NCBI GenBank assembly: GCA_951406725.2 | Contig: OX597823.1 | Location: 27,962,001 to 28,026,000, forward strand | Reading direction: 5' to 3' | DNA: 64,000 bases | DNA from: Octopus vulgaris | Lineage: Eukaryota | In this document: in pieces, positions 12,950 to 30,889 of the stretch | Position numbering within the stretch: position 1 is the stretch's first letter | How the letters are laid out: each line of letters begins with the position of its first letter | Notes under the pieces: model-generated | Told to the model about the DNA's origin: nothing | Database searches by the model: none | Seen by the model: only the letters and a program-made list of their open reading frames with translations | Position numbers and translations under genes: made by a program

Positions 12950-13560
12950 ACATGTTCGTTGTTTGAGAGGGATCTACACCATTTTCAGTTGATCAACAAG
13001 GAAACAGCTGTCGTCAGTGCTGATGACAGGAAGGATGGCGGGATAGCTACAACTTTGTCGCTCGCGATTGGACAGTTGTCTGATAGATTCTTGAAGTGTG
13101 CGAACTTCGTGGAATCCAGTTTTCTGAAGTTTTTCATGTGATTTAACCTGGTTTAGACCGGAAGTTCGATTGGCTTGCTCATTCTCTCTCTCATCTCCTC
13201 GTTCTCAAAATGTCATGCTTTACTATGTTTCCTGTCTTATACCTTAATTAGTTGCCTCTGCCTTGTTGAACCATTAGGTGAGCTTCTTTTCCTTCAGTCG
13301 TTCGTACACTTCAAACGGTTTGATTATGGCAGCTTTGACTTGAAGTTCGATTGGCTTGCTCGTTCTGAATTCAGCACAACACTCTCAAACTTCTCTCAGT
13401 TCCACAGTGACGTAGACAAGCTGACAAATTTTATTCAATTTGATTACCTCCACCTTCGACAAGGACTTCAATGCTTCAGAATTTTCCTCGATGAGCGCAG
13501 TGAATTGACAGAATCACTTAGATTTTGGATCCAATTACTCGCTGTATTTGTTCCAATTCT
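12950..13560 (-). pseudogene. Possible highly decayed Ty3/gypsy gag fragment
   Basis: Broken frames give PFEVYERLKEKKL and TRQRQLIKV*DRKHSK, reminiscent of gag PYxxLK...RxxQLL...DRKPS. Weak. Confidence 0.25.
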
Positions 13561-13852
13561 CTTCACTCTGTGTTCAAATACCACCGAGGTCATCTTTTCA
13601 TCCTTTCGGGGGTATATAATCAAGTACCAACGCAGGGCGGTGAATTCGAGGAACTTTTAGAGGATCGGGAAAGAAACCCTTTCGTATTTGTTCCGGTTCT
13701 CCGCGTTCTCACAGTAACGCCAGATACGACACTGTTGCCAAGTATCGATCCAAGTCGGCAACCTTACCTTTGGATGAAGTTGGTGTTGTGGAGAGAGGAA
13801 ACTTGCATGTATCTTAAACTGCTAGACTTCCTTTAAAAAATGTTGCTCAGGT

Positions 13853-14264
13853 CTCTTTACTCTTTTTTACTCTTTTACTTGTTTCAGTCATTTGACTGCG
13901 GCCATGCTGGAGCACCACCTTTAATCGAGCAACTCGACTCCGGGACTTATTCTTTTGTAAGCCCAGTACTTATTCTATCGGTCTCTTTTGCCGAACCGTA
14001 ACGGGGACATAAACACACCAGCATCGGTTGTCAAGCAATGCTAGGGGGATAAACAGAGACACACAAACACACACACGCATATATATATATATACATATAT
14101 ACGACGGGCTTCTTTCAGTTTCCGTCTACCAAATCCACTCACAAGGCTTTGGTCGGCCCGAGGCTATAGCAGAAGACACTTGCCCAAGATGCCACGCAGT
14201 GGGACTGAACCCGGAACCATGTGGTTGGTAAACAAGCTACTTACCACACAGCCACTCCTGCGCC
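13853..14264 (-). mobile_element. SINE family A, full length
   Basis: Reverse complement begins GGCGCAGGAGTGGCTGTGTGGTAAG. Box B-like GGTTCAGTCCC. Tail AGTAAAAGAGTAAAAAAGAG. Confidence 0.9.
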
Positions 14265-15430
14265 TATGTATCTGTGTATATATGTGCAGAAGTATGTTCA
14301 ACTTTGGGCGATGGAGGTCATCTTTCTCGAGGAAACACTACTAGAAGCCAGTGGTACTTTTTTCCTTCCAGTGACTTAAAAACAATTCCTTACTTCGACT
14401 GTGTACAGGCACTATTGTTCAAAATGAGATGGGAGCTTCCCTGTCGATCTTCTCCTTGACTTATGACAGTTTCGAGCTATTAAAAACTCAATTTCACTTT
14501 CTTCGACACAATTACAATTAGGGTCGACAGCGTTAAAGCTATTACAGTCTTTTGTCTTCATCACGCTGTTGTACTACTTTTTCCTCACGAGGATCAAGTC
14601 CAGTTGTTAATATTATACAAGCTCTCTTGCGCTCATATCTCACCAGCTCACTTCTGAGATTGTGTGTTAGCATAGATAAAACTGTGTTCCCGAAGAGAGC
14701 GTCCCATTAATTCTCCTTTGCGCTTGGTGAGGTCATGGAATGAGTACAGTACGTCTTCTGAACCAACTCGAGTCGTTGAAATCAAGCGATTATAATTCGC
14801 CACTGTTCCGCCATTTCAAAGATTCACATAAAACGTTCTCAACATCCTCTTTGCCCACGGAGTTATGAAATGAGTTGCCCACTCTGCTGCTTCTGATAAG
14901 GCTTTCAAACCTAACAACTTAGACACGATCTCTATGGAGGATTAACCTCAATAGTGTTATCCTCATCTCCTGGCTAAACATGAATTGAATTCCACCCAGC
15001 TCCCTGTTTGCTCTATCTCTTTCAGTCTCTCTTCCTCTCTCTCTCACTCCCTTTACCTTTCGATGGATAATGTTAATAAGTGGATTTCTTCTGTTTCTTA
15101 TAACATCAGCTCACCGTCAAGGTACGTATGTCGGTCATCTTGGATCCCTAGGATGTGTATCTCGTGGTTACTTACTCTCGGTGCCTGATATGTATATCAA
15201 GGTAAGAATCAAATCGTCTATATATTGAAGGTTGATAATGCCTTTATATTCTTACAACTCAATCGAAGTTCTGAGTTGAAATCCCGCTGAGATCAACTCT
15301 GCCTTTATGAGATCGATAAAATAATCACATCTCAAGTGTTGAGATAGATTCAGTAGAGCGTGTCAATTACTCTGTTGAAAACTTGGTGAACCTTAACCAA
15401 TCAATGTAAGACATTATTATTTCTGTTTCA

Positions 15431-15638
15431 AGGCGGTGAGCTGACAGAAACGTTAGCACGCCGGGCGGAATGCTTAGCGGTATTTCGTCCGTTCTGAGTT
15501 CAAATTTCGACGAGGTCGACTTTGCCTTTCATCCTTTCGGGGTCGATAAATTAAGTACCAGTTGCATGCTGGGATCAATCTAATCGACTAGCCCCTCTCT
15601 CCGAAAACTTTCGGGGCTTGTGCCGAGAGTAGAAAAGA
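15431..15638 (+). mobile_element. SINE family C
   Basis: GGCGGTGAGCTGACAGAAACGTTAGCACGCC...GAGTTCAAATT...CCTTTCATCCTTTCGGGGTCGATAAA. Confidence 0.85.
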
Positions 15639-16049
15639 TTATTTCTGTTTCAGATCATAGACCTTCCATACTGAAAGTGACTCTTCTGTTTTGACGGAGA
15701 AATCAATGTTTTAAATGGTTTAAAAGGAGAGTTTTGGGTTCAATAATGATCATCGATAATATATAGTGCGTATATAATATGAAGCATTTGTCGTAATATA
15801 GTTTCAATAATTGTTTTCTGTGAGTTTAGTTCTTATGCGAGGAAGGTAATCATCCGTGTCAGTTTTAAATAATCAATGGACCTTGATTATACAACTGTGA
15901 AATCTCCCTAAAAAACATCACAACATATTTAACAGAGAGACCACACACACACACACCTATTGAATATTTATGCAGTTTTTCCTATTTAGTTGTAGAAGCA
16001 GAAAGTCTCCTTACATAATATTCATTTATGAGTATGTATATGTTTGTAT

Positions 16050-16425
16050 GTATGGTTCCGAGTTCAGTCCCACTGCGTGACATCTTGGGCATGTGTTTTC
16101 TACTATAGCCTTGGGCCGACCAAAGATTTGTGAGTGGATTCAGTGGACAGAAACTGAAAGAAGCCCGTGATATATATATATATGTATATCTCTTTATGTG
16201 TGTATGTCTTTGTGTCTGTGTTGTCTGTGTTTGACCTCCCCCCGCATCGCTTAACAGCCGATATTGGTGTGTTTACGTCCCCGTAACTTAGCGGTTGGGC
16301 AAAAAGGACCGATAGAATAAATCTAGGCTTACAAAGAATAAGTCATGTGGTCGGTTTGTTCGAATAAAGGCGGGGCTCCAGCGTGGCCGCAGTCAAATGA
16401 CTGAAACAACTAAAAGAATAAAAGG
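16050..16425 (+). mobile_element. SINE family A (5'-truncated)
   Basis: Colinear with other family A copies. Confidence 0.8.
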
Positions 16426-16494
<69 letters not shown>

Positions 16495-16634
16495 AGGTGA
16501 GGACCAAAATCCCTCAAGGGATGTCAAATATCCAAGTCTACCGGCACAGTCTAAGCAAAGAATATATATAAAAATATATACATATTTACATTATTTACAT
16601 TTGACGGATATTTGTCCTCATCTTGTTTGTTGTT

Positions 16635-16680
16635 AACACAACGTTTCGCCTGATATACCCTTCAGTCTTCATCAGGTGCC
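16635..16680 (-). ncRNA. Minimal type I hammerhead ribozyme
   Basis: GGCAC-CUGAUGA-A-GACUGAAGGGUAUAUCAGGC-GAAAC-GUU-GUGUU. Helix I is 5 bp with two G-U pairs, helix II is CUGA:UCAG, helix III is the loopless palindrome AACGUU. Confidence 0.75.
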
Positions 16681-16788
16681 TTGTGGAAATTTCGAACCTC
16701 GGTTCTCATTCCTAAGGTATTTTTCGATGTTGTTGTTGTTGTTATTATTACTTTTATTATTATTATTATGATTATTATTATTATTATT

Positions 16789-18936
<2,148 letters not shown>

Positions 18937-18962
18937 TGGTCACTGCCAGGAAACAAACTCGG

Positions 18963-19054
<92 letters not shown>

Positions 19055-19406
19055 AATAATTGAGATTCAGTTGAATTAGGTACTTAAATTGAGGCACCAG
19101 TCAATCCGGTATTATCCGCATAGGTCGAAGTAAGGTGAATAAAATCAAAATAAGCAACAGGATATCAAGTATTGATGCAATACGACCGTTTCAAGCGGTC
19201 CATTTAATTGAACAATGCAATGATTAACTCAATTTAAATGCAAGTGTATATATATCTATAGTCATAGGATATAGGTAAATAGGTGAGCTCACAGGAAAAA
19301 AAACTCGTAGTGTATATCTAGTCTGCTTCTCTCATCTCTATATTCCCCTCTATACCCAATACTTAGATGCATACTAAAAAGTGAAAAACACATATTCGAC
19401 CGAGGT

Positions 19407-19462
<56 letters not shown>

Positions 19463-20076
19463 TGCACACACACACACATACACACACACAAACGATGAAA
19501 AATGGCGACTGTATGCTCTAGGAATATAAATTTATAAACATAATAAAGAGACGGCATGGGCAAGATTTATGATAATGATAAAAACAGTTGCCATTTCAGT
19601 GACACAACAAGATAATGCGAAGCATCTAGTTCAGCATCTGCTTTGTCTTTTACTTCCAACATGATTCTTTTATTGTGGAAGAAGACAGACGCCTCACCGC
19701 CCCCAAAACGGTTCCTCGAGGGAAAGTAAAAGTTACCATGATTGATGTCGTTGTTGTTCATGCGGTTATTGGTCTAACACTGAACTAGATGGCCTCACCC
19801 TATAGAAAAAAATATACATATATACACATGCAAACACACAAGTACACATACACATACACAGACAGACTCACACATTCATACACACGCATACATTTGGGTA
19901 TATATGTTTGTATATGCACATATTTATGTACACATACGTACGCATACATAGGTACACACACATGTATGTATATATATATAGTTAATCCAAACATGAAAGC
20001 ACAAAAAAACACAACGCGAGGACGTGGAACAAATATAGTATTATTAGACGCTCACGAAAGAAGGGAAGAGGGCGGG

Positions 20077-20109
20077 TTTAACGTTTCGAGCGGAGCTCTT
20101 CGTCGGAAA
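20077..20109 (-). ncRNA. Minimal hammerhead-like motif, U4C variant, in a 200-bp insert (19981-20179) between TA and CA tracts
   Basis: UUU-CCGACGA-A-GAGC-UCC-GCUC-GAAAC-GUU-AAA. Confidence 0.6.
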
Positions 20110-20515
20110 TATAGGAGAAGGAAAGAGCCAGAGAAGGGAAGACAGAGGAAAAAAAATCGCTAACGGTACACATGCGGTCACACAAACACACACACACACA
20201 CACACACACATATGTATATATGTATGTATGTATGTAAGTATGTATGTATGTGCACATCTTAAACGAAAAATAAAAAAAAACTATCTGTATTCATCGAAAT
20301 GACTTAACAGCCATATAAAATCGGTGGCCAGTAGAAACACTTTGAAGTACTTTGTACTGTAAATAACTGACCCTATGTAAGTGATCTTTCAACTTCGAGG
20401 TGACTGTCACAAAAACACCTAAAGACCTAAGAACGAGACGAAAAAATAATGAGAAGATTTTAGAACTTCTAAAGTAAAAGACTGAATTTTATGCGCTCGC
20501 TACTCTCACCTTCAA

Positions 20516-21130
20516 GGGCAGCGAGTTGGCAGAAACGTTAGTACGCCGAGCGAAATATTTAGCGATATTTCGTCTGCCGTGACGTTCTGAGTTCAAATTC
20601 CGCCGAGGTCGACTTTGCCTTTCATCCTTTCGGGGTCGATAAATTAAGTACCAATTACGCACTGGGGTCGATGTAATCGACTTAATCCCCTTGTCTGTCC
20701 TTGTTTGTCATCTCTGTGTTTAGCCCCTTGTGAGTAGTAAAGAAATAGGTATTTCGTCTGCCGTGACGTTCTGAGTTCAAATTCCGCCGAGGTCGACTTT
20801 GCCTTTCATTCTTTCGGGGTCGATAAATTAAGTACCAGTTACGCACTGGGGTCGATATATTCGATTTAATCCGTTTGTCTGCCCTTGTTTGTCCTCTCTG
20901 TGTTTAGCCCCTTGTGGGCAATAAAGAAATAAGAAACGCTAGCAAGCCGGGCGAAATACTTAGTGGTATTTCGTCTGTCTTTATGTTCTGAGTTCAAATT
21001 GCGCCGACGTCGACTTAACCTTTCATCCTTTTGGGGTCGGTAAATTAAACACCAGTTGCGTACTGAGGTCGATCTAATCGACTGGCCCCGTCCCCCAAAA
21101 TTTCGGGCCTTGTGCCTAGAGTAGAAAAGG
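20516..21130 (+). mobile_element. SINE family C tandem trimer
   Basis: GTTCTGAGTTCAAATT...CCTTTCATCCTTTCGGGGTCG-like core repeated three times (about 20584, 20768, 20985). Confidence 0.85.
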
Positions 21131-21691
21131 TTACTCTCACCTTCCGTGCATGAGTTTAGTTTTAAAATAAAATTGTTTTACTCTCATGTAGTGTGGATTT
21201 GAAGAACAACATGGAGGCCACGGGCAACATTTCATCTCTGTCTCACCTTTTTGCCTGTGTCTCTCTCCCTTTATGTATGTAAGCACATATAATTCTGAAA
21301 GGGAATGAGAAATAAAAACGTTTACCCTATTAGGGCAAACGTTTTTAATTCTCATTCCCTTTCAGAATTACAACTATTAGTGGTTTGGTGTTCAACTGCT
21401 GTTTCTAGTGAGTCAGATGTCCTATTATGGTCCTCTCTTATGTGTTTAAATGTACACTGTATTTTTCTATGAATAATATATAGTCTATTGACTAAATTTT
21501 CTTTCTCGCTAGATCACTGGTAGCAAAGAATTTTTCTAAAATTTTTTTGGTACCCTAAAATTTATCAATTAATGATAAAAGGTTTTTTGGCTAATTTTGA
21601 AAGAAAACAGCGCGTGCGTGGTGGATTTTGAAAAGTTATAACATATAAACACGAGGCATGGTCTTTATCGCGCGCGCGCACACACACACAC

Positions 21692-21729
<38 letters not shown>

Positions 21730-22266
21730 ATACACACACATATATATAGAGAGAGGGAGATGGAAATACATGCATTATTGTTACACATTTATGTACACAT
21801 ACACATGTATGTATGCAATATGTCTGTTATAACCACACACACACACACACACACACACGTACACACACGCACAGGTACACACACACACACACATGAATAG
21901 AAAGTAAAGGAGAAAGAAGAGATGAAGTTGATATTTTACAGAGTAGAAGATAAAAATGTCAAGGTATGAAGTTATGAAATATCTGCCTTTCTCGAGAGCC
22001 ATACAAAAAAACATGTTTACATATTTCCTTGTTAAATGTTTTTTAATGCGTTTTACTAGTACACACACTGGAAAACACTATCTTGCTTTTTTTTTGCCTT
22101 TTGTTTGTTTGTTTTTGCTAGCAAATCAATCATAATTATTTTATGTGTATATCAGAGCGATCAGGAGTTCATGCTTGAGCTGATGTTAACCAAATGATAT
22201 TTAAGGATTTGACCAAAGTAGGACACCAAAGAACATAATTCGTCTTTGAATAAAGGATTAACAAGA

Positions 22267-22660
22267 GGCGCGGGCGTGGCTGTGTGGTAAGAAGCTTGCT
22301 TCTGAACCACATGGTTCAGGGTTCAGTCCCACAGCGAGACACCTTGGGTAAACGTCTTCTACTATAGCCTCAGGCCTACCAAAGCCTTATGAGTGGATTT
22401 GGTAGACGGAGACCGAAAGAAGCCTATTGCATATATATGTATATATTTGTGTGCGTCTTTGTGTCTGTGTTCGTCCCCGCCATCGACGCTTGACAACTGG
22501 TATTGATGTGTTTACGTTCCCGTAACATAGCGGTTCGGCAAAATGGACCGATAGAATAAGTATCAGGCCTACAAAGAATAAGTCCTGGGGGTCTATTTGT
22601 TCGACTAAAGACGGTGCTCCAGCATGGTCACAATCTGAAACAAGTAAAAGAATAAGTAAA
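22267..22660 (+). mobile_element. SINE family A, full length
   Basis: GGCGCGGGCGTGGCTGTGTGGTAAG head through GAAACAAGTAAAAGAATAAG tail. Confidence 0.85.
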
Positions 22661-23435
22661 AAAAAAAAAACTATAACTTTAATGATTAATTTCGATCAAG
22701 AAATTTCATCACAGAAAAATCTTTACATCGGTCAAATTTTCTTAGCTCTGATATGTACTGGTAAGGCTATCATTTGCTGAAAAGGTCCAATAACACGGAA
22801 ACATATCTCAAGTTTTCATCCTTGCAAGGGATTATGCTCACTCCGCACTGCATGTTCTCTATTTACTTTTTAAAAAATAATTCTAATATTTAGGTTTCGC
22901 AGTTGACTCCCTCATCTCTCTTTGTTTCAAATTAATCGTTGAAACTAACAAATTTTGATTCCAGTTGAAATATGCACAAGAGAAATTTGAACCCGGAAAA
23001 AGGCTCTTCACAGAAGTTTGTCATGCAGTATTCCCGCCTCCTCACTTCTGGTATAATCTCATTTTAATTAATGTAACATTATTTTAGCTAACCCCATTAA
23101 GTACATTAGCCTTCTCTTAACTCTCCTAATGCAAGCCTCACATAAACTTTTTTGTAAAGGAAATCTGATCTGTCTAATAATTAGATAGATCAAAGTTTAC
23201 TTTCTTCCGATAAATCTCACACGCCTACCAATTCGATAATTCAATAAATCAATTTTTTTTTTCAATTCCATCTCCAGATAACTGATGTTTTCGTTCATTC
23301 CATCAACTTAATGGAACAAAATTAATATTCGGAAATTTTCTGAAATTTCATTTCCTACTAAATACAGTAACGATCGTTCGCATATATTTATTACTGTTGC
23401 CGTTCTAGTCGTCGTTGATGATGATGATGATGATA

Positions 23436-23472
<37 letters not shown>

Positions 23473-23645
23473 CGACGACAACGTTGATGATGGGGGATGC
23501 TGCTGCCACTGCTGCTGATGATAGTGATGAGGATTGTGGTGCTGGCTGTGATGTTGTTTAGTTCTAAGTTAACCCTCATTGAGCAGCCTTAGGATTAAAT
23601 ACATACAAATCCTCACTATGGCAACTGATCCCTTTTCTTCTTCAA

Positions 23646-23868
23646 CCCATTAAGTCCCACTGTCCTATAATTAGGACACTAAATGAGAACCTTAAATAAG
23701 CTACATCACATTGTCTCAGTGTCCTATTTATAGGACACCGAGTATTTCCATTTCTACTTGAAATAAAAGAGTTTTAATAATTATTTTTTTCATTTTAACC
23801 TATTTTCAATCATTTGTAAAAATTTTAAAGTAATATTCAGAAATTTAAATACTCCGGGGCTTAAAGGG
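23646..23868. mobile_element. piggyBac-type MITE
   Basis: TCAA|CCCATTAAGTCCC...GGGGCTTAAAGGG|TTAA. Two internal palindromes TGTCCTAWWWWTAGGACA. Confidence 0.75.
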
Positions 23869-24329
23869 TTAAGCTGGTAAAATTCAATTTCAGAAAGGTT
23901 TGGCTGCTCTGTCTATATCTATGAAGGCCATCAATCACTTAATGATCCTCTGTATTCAGCGATGCACAATCCACAATCCTTACCAACCACTACCCTCACC
24001 AATCCACCGTGGTGTAAAAACCTCTCAGCTAAAGCTCAAATCTTCACGTCAAATACTGAGCACTATCACTGCTCTGCACACGAGTCATTTGGCAATCATT
24101 TAATGAAGCATGGCGAATATTCAACAACCCAGTGCTGCTTACTTCCAGTTTTTACCCCATAGCCATAAGCAATTAAGAAAGAAATCTTCACTTAAATGTT
24201 TCACTCGTAGTTAGAAATTGAACTGGGGCCTCCAGATCAAGTGAAATTTTACTTCGATGCTACAACGCTGTAGAAACCGCTGAGCGCCAGATGCAGTTGT
24301 TCTTAGATGCCACATGTTTGAGACACTGC

Positions 24330-24430
24330 TTCAAGTGTTTTATAGATGTGTTGCTGTCTGCTGGGACTGACGTATCTATGAACAAACATGTTTTGTCACC
24401 GTCATTTTTAACCGCTGTATCTGATTATCG
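24330..24430 (-). pseudogene. Decayed RLE endonuclease fragment (R4-type)
   Basis: SDTAVKNDGDKTCLFIDTSVPADSNTSIK resembles the RLE (R/K)PD...CxxIDxxxP motif. Confidence 0.5.
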
Positions 24431-24910
24431 TTTTTGAAATTTGAATAGATTTTAAACTCCTTTCAGACAAATGGCTGTGGAATACCAAGTACAAAACACC
24501 ACTTAAAAAAAGAAAAAAAAGAAAGAAAAAGAAACGAACAAATTTATCTGACAACCCAATATTTTAGCCACATTGTCTGAGACATAGCAGCCAGTGTCGA
24601 TATAAGATTACGAACCAGCGCCCAGTTGGTTGCCTGCCGTTCCACCAATACGGCTATTTCCACCCACATTTAAATATACATCTTCCAGTAAACATCTAAC
24701 CATACTCTCATCCAAAAACTTATAGAAAATTCTGAAACTTTAAATTTACATGCTTCCAGTCATTGCTGTTCTATAAATCTTAGTCTATTTGGCTTCGCGC
24801 CAAAACAAATGCAGAAACGTTTAGACATTTTAAAGTGCAAATAGAAGTACAGTGAACAAACATTTTCTTATTAACTGCAAGAAGCTGTTTTCTCTTCAGA
24901 GACTGTAAAT

Positions 24911-24968
<58 letters not shown>

Positions 24969-24984
24969 GTAATAATTATCGCAT

Positions 24985-25288
24985 AGGTATGTTATAAGGA
25001 AGAAAGAAAAGTCGATAGGTATGACAGGTTAGCTTGGGAGGTAAAGCAGTTGTGGTCGATGAAGAGGGTGGTAGTGGTGCCAATAACTGTCGGAGCCCTG
25101 GGAACAGTGAGTAAAAATCTCGAGAAGTACATAGAACAAATAGGGGCTGCAATAAGGGTGGAGCACTTGCAGAAAACTTGGAACCTTTGAATACATCGGA
25201 AGGTGCTCAAAAAATAAGAGGTGTTACCTTAGTTCACTGGTGGTGAACAGCTGACACCATAGTACATCTCCAGCGTTAGAAGCCGTGC

Positions 25289-25290
<2 letters not shown>
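24985..25290 (+). mobile_element. 5'-truncated R4/Dong 3' end between (AAT)n tracts
   Basis: KEERKVDRYDRLAWEVKQLWSMKRVVVVPITVGALGTVSKNLEKYIEQIG...LQK. A second 3'-UTR stub lies at about 25607-25655. Confidence 0.8.
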
Positions 25291-25346
<56 letters not shown>

Positions 25347-25347
25347 T

Positions 25348-25610
25348 TCTGAGACCTCCTTCGGTTACGACACTCACCATAGAACTGCACCTAGAAAGCT
25401 ACCCTCCCAGGCACAATTCCGGGCAAGGTTGTTTATGGAAGACCAGCAGTCGCCCACGCCACCAGTGTTATTCAAGGGAAAGGCAAGGGCCGATACAGCT
25501 TGGCACCTGTGACATTGCAACTCATTTCTACAACTGACTGAACTGGAGCAACGTGAAATAAAGTGTCTTGCTCAAGAACAAAACACGCAGCCCGGTCCGG
25601 GATTCGAACA
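25348..25610 (-). mobile_element. tRNA-derived SINE family D (5'-truncated)
   Basis: Reverse complement has box B GTTCGAATCCC followed by CTTGAGCAAGACACTTTATTTCACGTTGCTCCAG. The same domain appears at 51570-51610. Confidence 0.7.
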
Positions 25611-25654
25611 GCTGACACCGTAGAACATCTCCAGCATTAGAAGCTGTGCAAAGC

Positions 25655-25707
<53 letters not shown>

Positions 25708-25711
25708 TAAT

Positions 25712-25791
<80 letters not shown>

Positions 25792-26734
25792 CTGTTTCTA
25801 ACATAAGCACAGTTTCATAAATTTGATAGGAGGGCGTTAGTTAATTACATCAACCTTAGTGCTTGAATGATAATGGGGTAGATATAATGAACTATTCCAT
25901 CACCCACCCCCTCCACTTCCAGTGTAGAAAAATATTTTTGTTCGTATTAAAAGTGATGCTTTCGGGATCGATAAAATATGTAGCAGTTATACACTGGGGG
26001 TCAATATAATCGACTAACCCACTTCCACGAACTCGGTGGCCTTCTCCCAGAATTTGAAACCATTATTAAAAGTGAGGACTTGATAGAATGGTGTCAGACT
26101 AAATTCTTTTCAGTATTTTGTTCCTGCTCTTTCCGTTCTGCATTCAAATACCTCATGGTTTATCTTCGCCTTTCATCCCTAAAATCGATAAAATACCATT
26201 TTCTTATGCGTTCTGATCACATTTGACATTCGCAATACCTGATAATAATGCCCACAACACAAAACAGAACATTATAACAGCACGGAAACAGAATGAACCG
26301 TAGAGTGTACGAAACGAAAATATTGATCATCTTTATGAAAATTTAATCGGTGAAAACGTATTTGGAACAGACTTACAAATAATTTTGAAGATAGCTTTAA
26401 CTGCAATGATATTCGTACTGAGAAAATTACGTAGAATCGTTCAAAACGAAATTATTTTAAAGTTAATCTTGCCACAGAACAGAAGTTTTACATCTGTTAG
26501 AATCTTCACTCATATAAAAAAAAAAAGTTATATTTTACAGCTACCAGTTAAGGATATTGTAGCTGTAACTTATAACTGGGATGGCTAAAGTATTAATACC
26601 TATTATTTTGTTTTTAGCATTGCGCTCTGTTTTTAGTATTGATCTAACTTGTCTATAGTATTCTTTCCTTATTTTCTCTTTCATTTGTGTGCGTTGTATC
26701 ATATCTGGTTCATGGATTCCTAAATATTTGTATG

Positions 26735-26806
<72 letters not shown>

Positions 26807-26815
26807 ATTTTCATT

Positions 26816-26935
26816 GCTTACGGCCATATCACGTTGAAAGCACCGGTTCTCGTCCGATCACCGAAGTTAAGCAACGTCTAGCCTAGTTAGTACTTAGATG
26901 GGTGACCGCTTGGGAAACCTAAGTGCTGTTAGCGT
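26816..26935 (+). rRNA. 5S rRNA gene copy, probably a pseudogene
   Basis: 120 nt GCTTACGGCCATATCACGTTGAAAGCACCGGTTCTCGTCCGATCACCGAAGTTAAGCAACG...AGTACTTAGATGGGTGACCGCTTGGGAAACCTAAGTGCTGTTAGCGT. Helix mismatches, AGTACTTAGATGG where 5S normally has AGTACTTGGATGG, and no oligo-T terminator. Confidence 0.92.
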
Positions 26936-26946
26936 CACACATTTAA

Positions 26947-27242
26947 GCGTAGGAGTGGCTGTGTGGTAAGTAGCTTGCTTACCAACCACATGGTTCCGGT
27001 TCAGTCCCACTGCGTGGCACCTTGGGCAAGCGTCTTCGGGCCGACCAAAGCCTTGTGAGTTGATTTGGTAGACAGAAACTGAAAGAAGCCCGTCGTATAT
27101 ATGTATATATATATATATTCAGCAAAAGAGACCGATAGAATAAATACTAGGCTTACAAAGACTAAGTCCTGGGGTCGATTTACTCGACTAAAGGCTGTGC
27201 TCCAGCATGGCCACAGTCAAATGACTGAAACAAGTGAAAAGT
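26947..27242 (+). mobile_element. SINE family A (internally deleted), 11 nt downstream of 5S
   Basis: GCGTAGGAGTGGCTGTGTGGTAAGTAGC head. Confidence 0.85.
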
Positions 27243-27889
27243 ATAGTGTCTTTACGTTCTGAGTTCAAATTCTGCAGAGGTCGATTTGTCTTTGATTCTT
27301 TCGGTATCTTTAAATTAAGCACTAGTTGAGTCCTGGAATCAATAGAATCGATTAGCCCAACACCCAATGCTTCATACCTTGTGCCTATGACGGAAAAAGG
27401 TCATCCTCCTACTCCTCCTTCTCATCATCATCATCACTATAATCATCATCACTCATAGTCATAATATTCTGAATGCTCTGAACGTGAACCTCTTTATCAC
27501 CACCACCACCACCACCACCACCACCACCACCACCACCACCACCATCATCAGTAGATTATTATTATCATCAGATTTCTCGACATCACTGGCAGCGGTGACG
27601 ATGCCATGTTCCTCACCACCAAAGAACAACTCTCATCGCCACAGACGATATCACCGACGTCCCACAATCCTTACCCCTCCAACCACAACCACCACCACCA
27701 CCACCACCGCATTCTGCTTCGTATTCATCTCTGTTTCTACGATGCATCCACTTCATCCATCCTCATCTTTTTATATTACTTTTCAAAAAACAAAACAAAA
27801 ACCCCCAAAAAACAAAAGAAATTTTAAAGTATGTTTCTATGATGGAATCAGCTGAAATAACAAAAAAATATTAAAAGGATAGCACCGCT

Positions 27890-30460
<2,571 letters not shown>

Positions 30461-30889
30461 CGCGTGTCGGTCGCGGTTGGTCGGATGGTTGAGCTTGCAT
30501 GCTTATTTTCCTAGTTTTATTGTCGAATTTCTACTCATCAGGATGAGTCAGTTTCTAAACTTGAAGCAAGGCTCCTTCACTGGAATTTAGGCAACATCAA
30601 AAAGGTAGTCATATATGTATTTATGTATGCACGTCTCTATGTATATATGTGTACATGTGTGCATATACATAGGGATGTGCACATGAATACATGGTTGCAG
30701 GTATGGATGTCTCTGCATATCTGGGTCTTATTACATTCCAAGCTTCTGGAATGTTTTACATATTTTGACAGTAACTTCGACGTATTTGTTATTTCTTGAT
30801 AAGGCGTGTTCATTCTGGTTCTGCGAAACCAATATTCTCAAGACTGGTGCTGACACAGTCACATCACTGGACGCCCTAATAATCCTTTC

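Noticed and set aside
13175-13660. 161-aa plus-strand ORF as a host gene
   Set aside because: No recognisable domain, ends in a SINE C fragment, and is likely antisense to decayed retroelement sequence.
30515-30560. Minus-strand CUGAUGA with nearby GAAAU and GAAAC
   Set aside because: Could not form helices I-III in any permutation.
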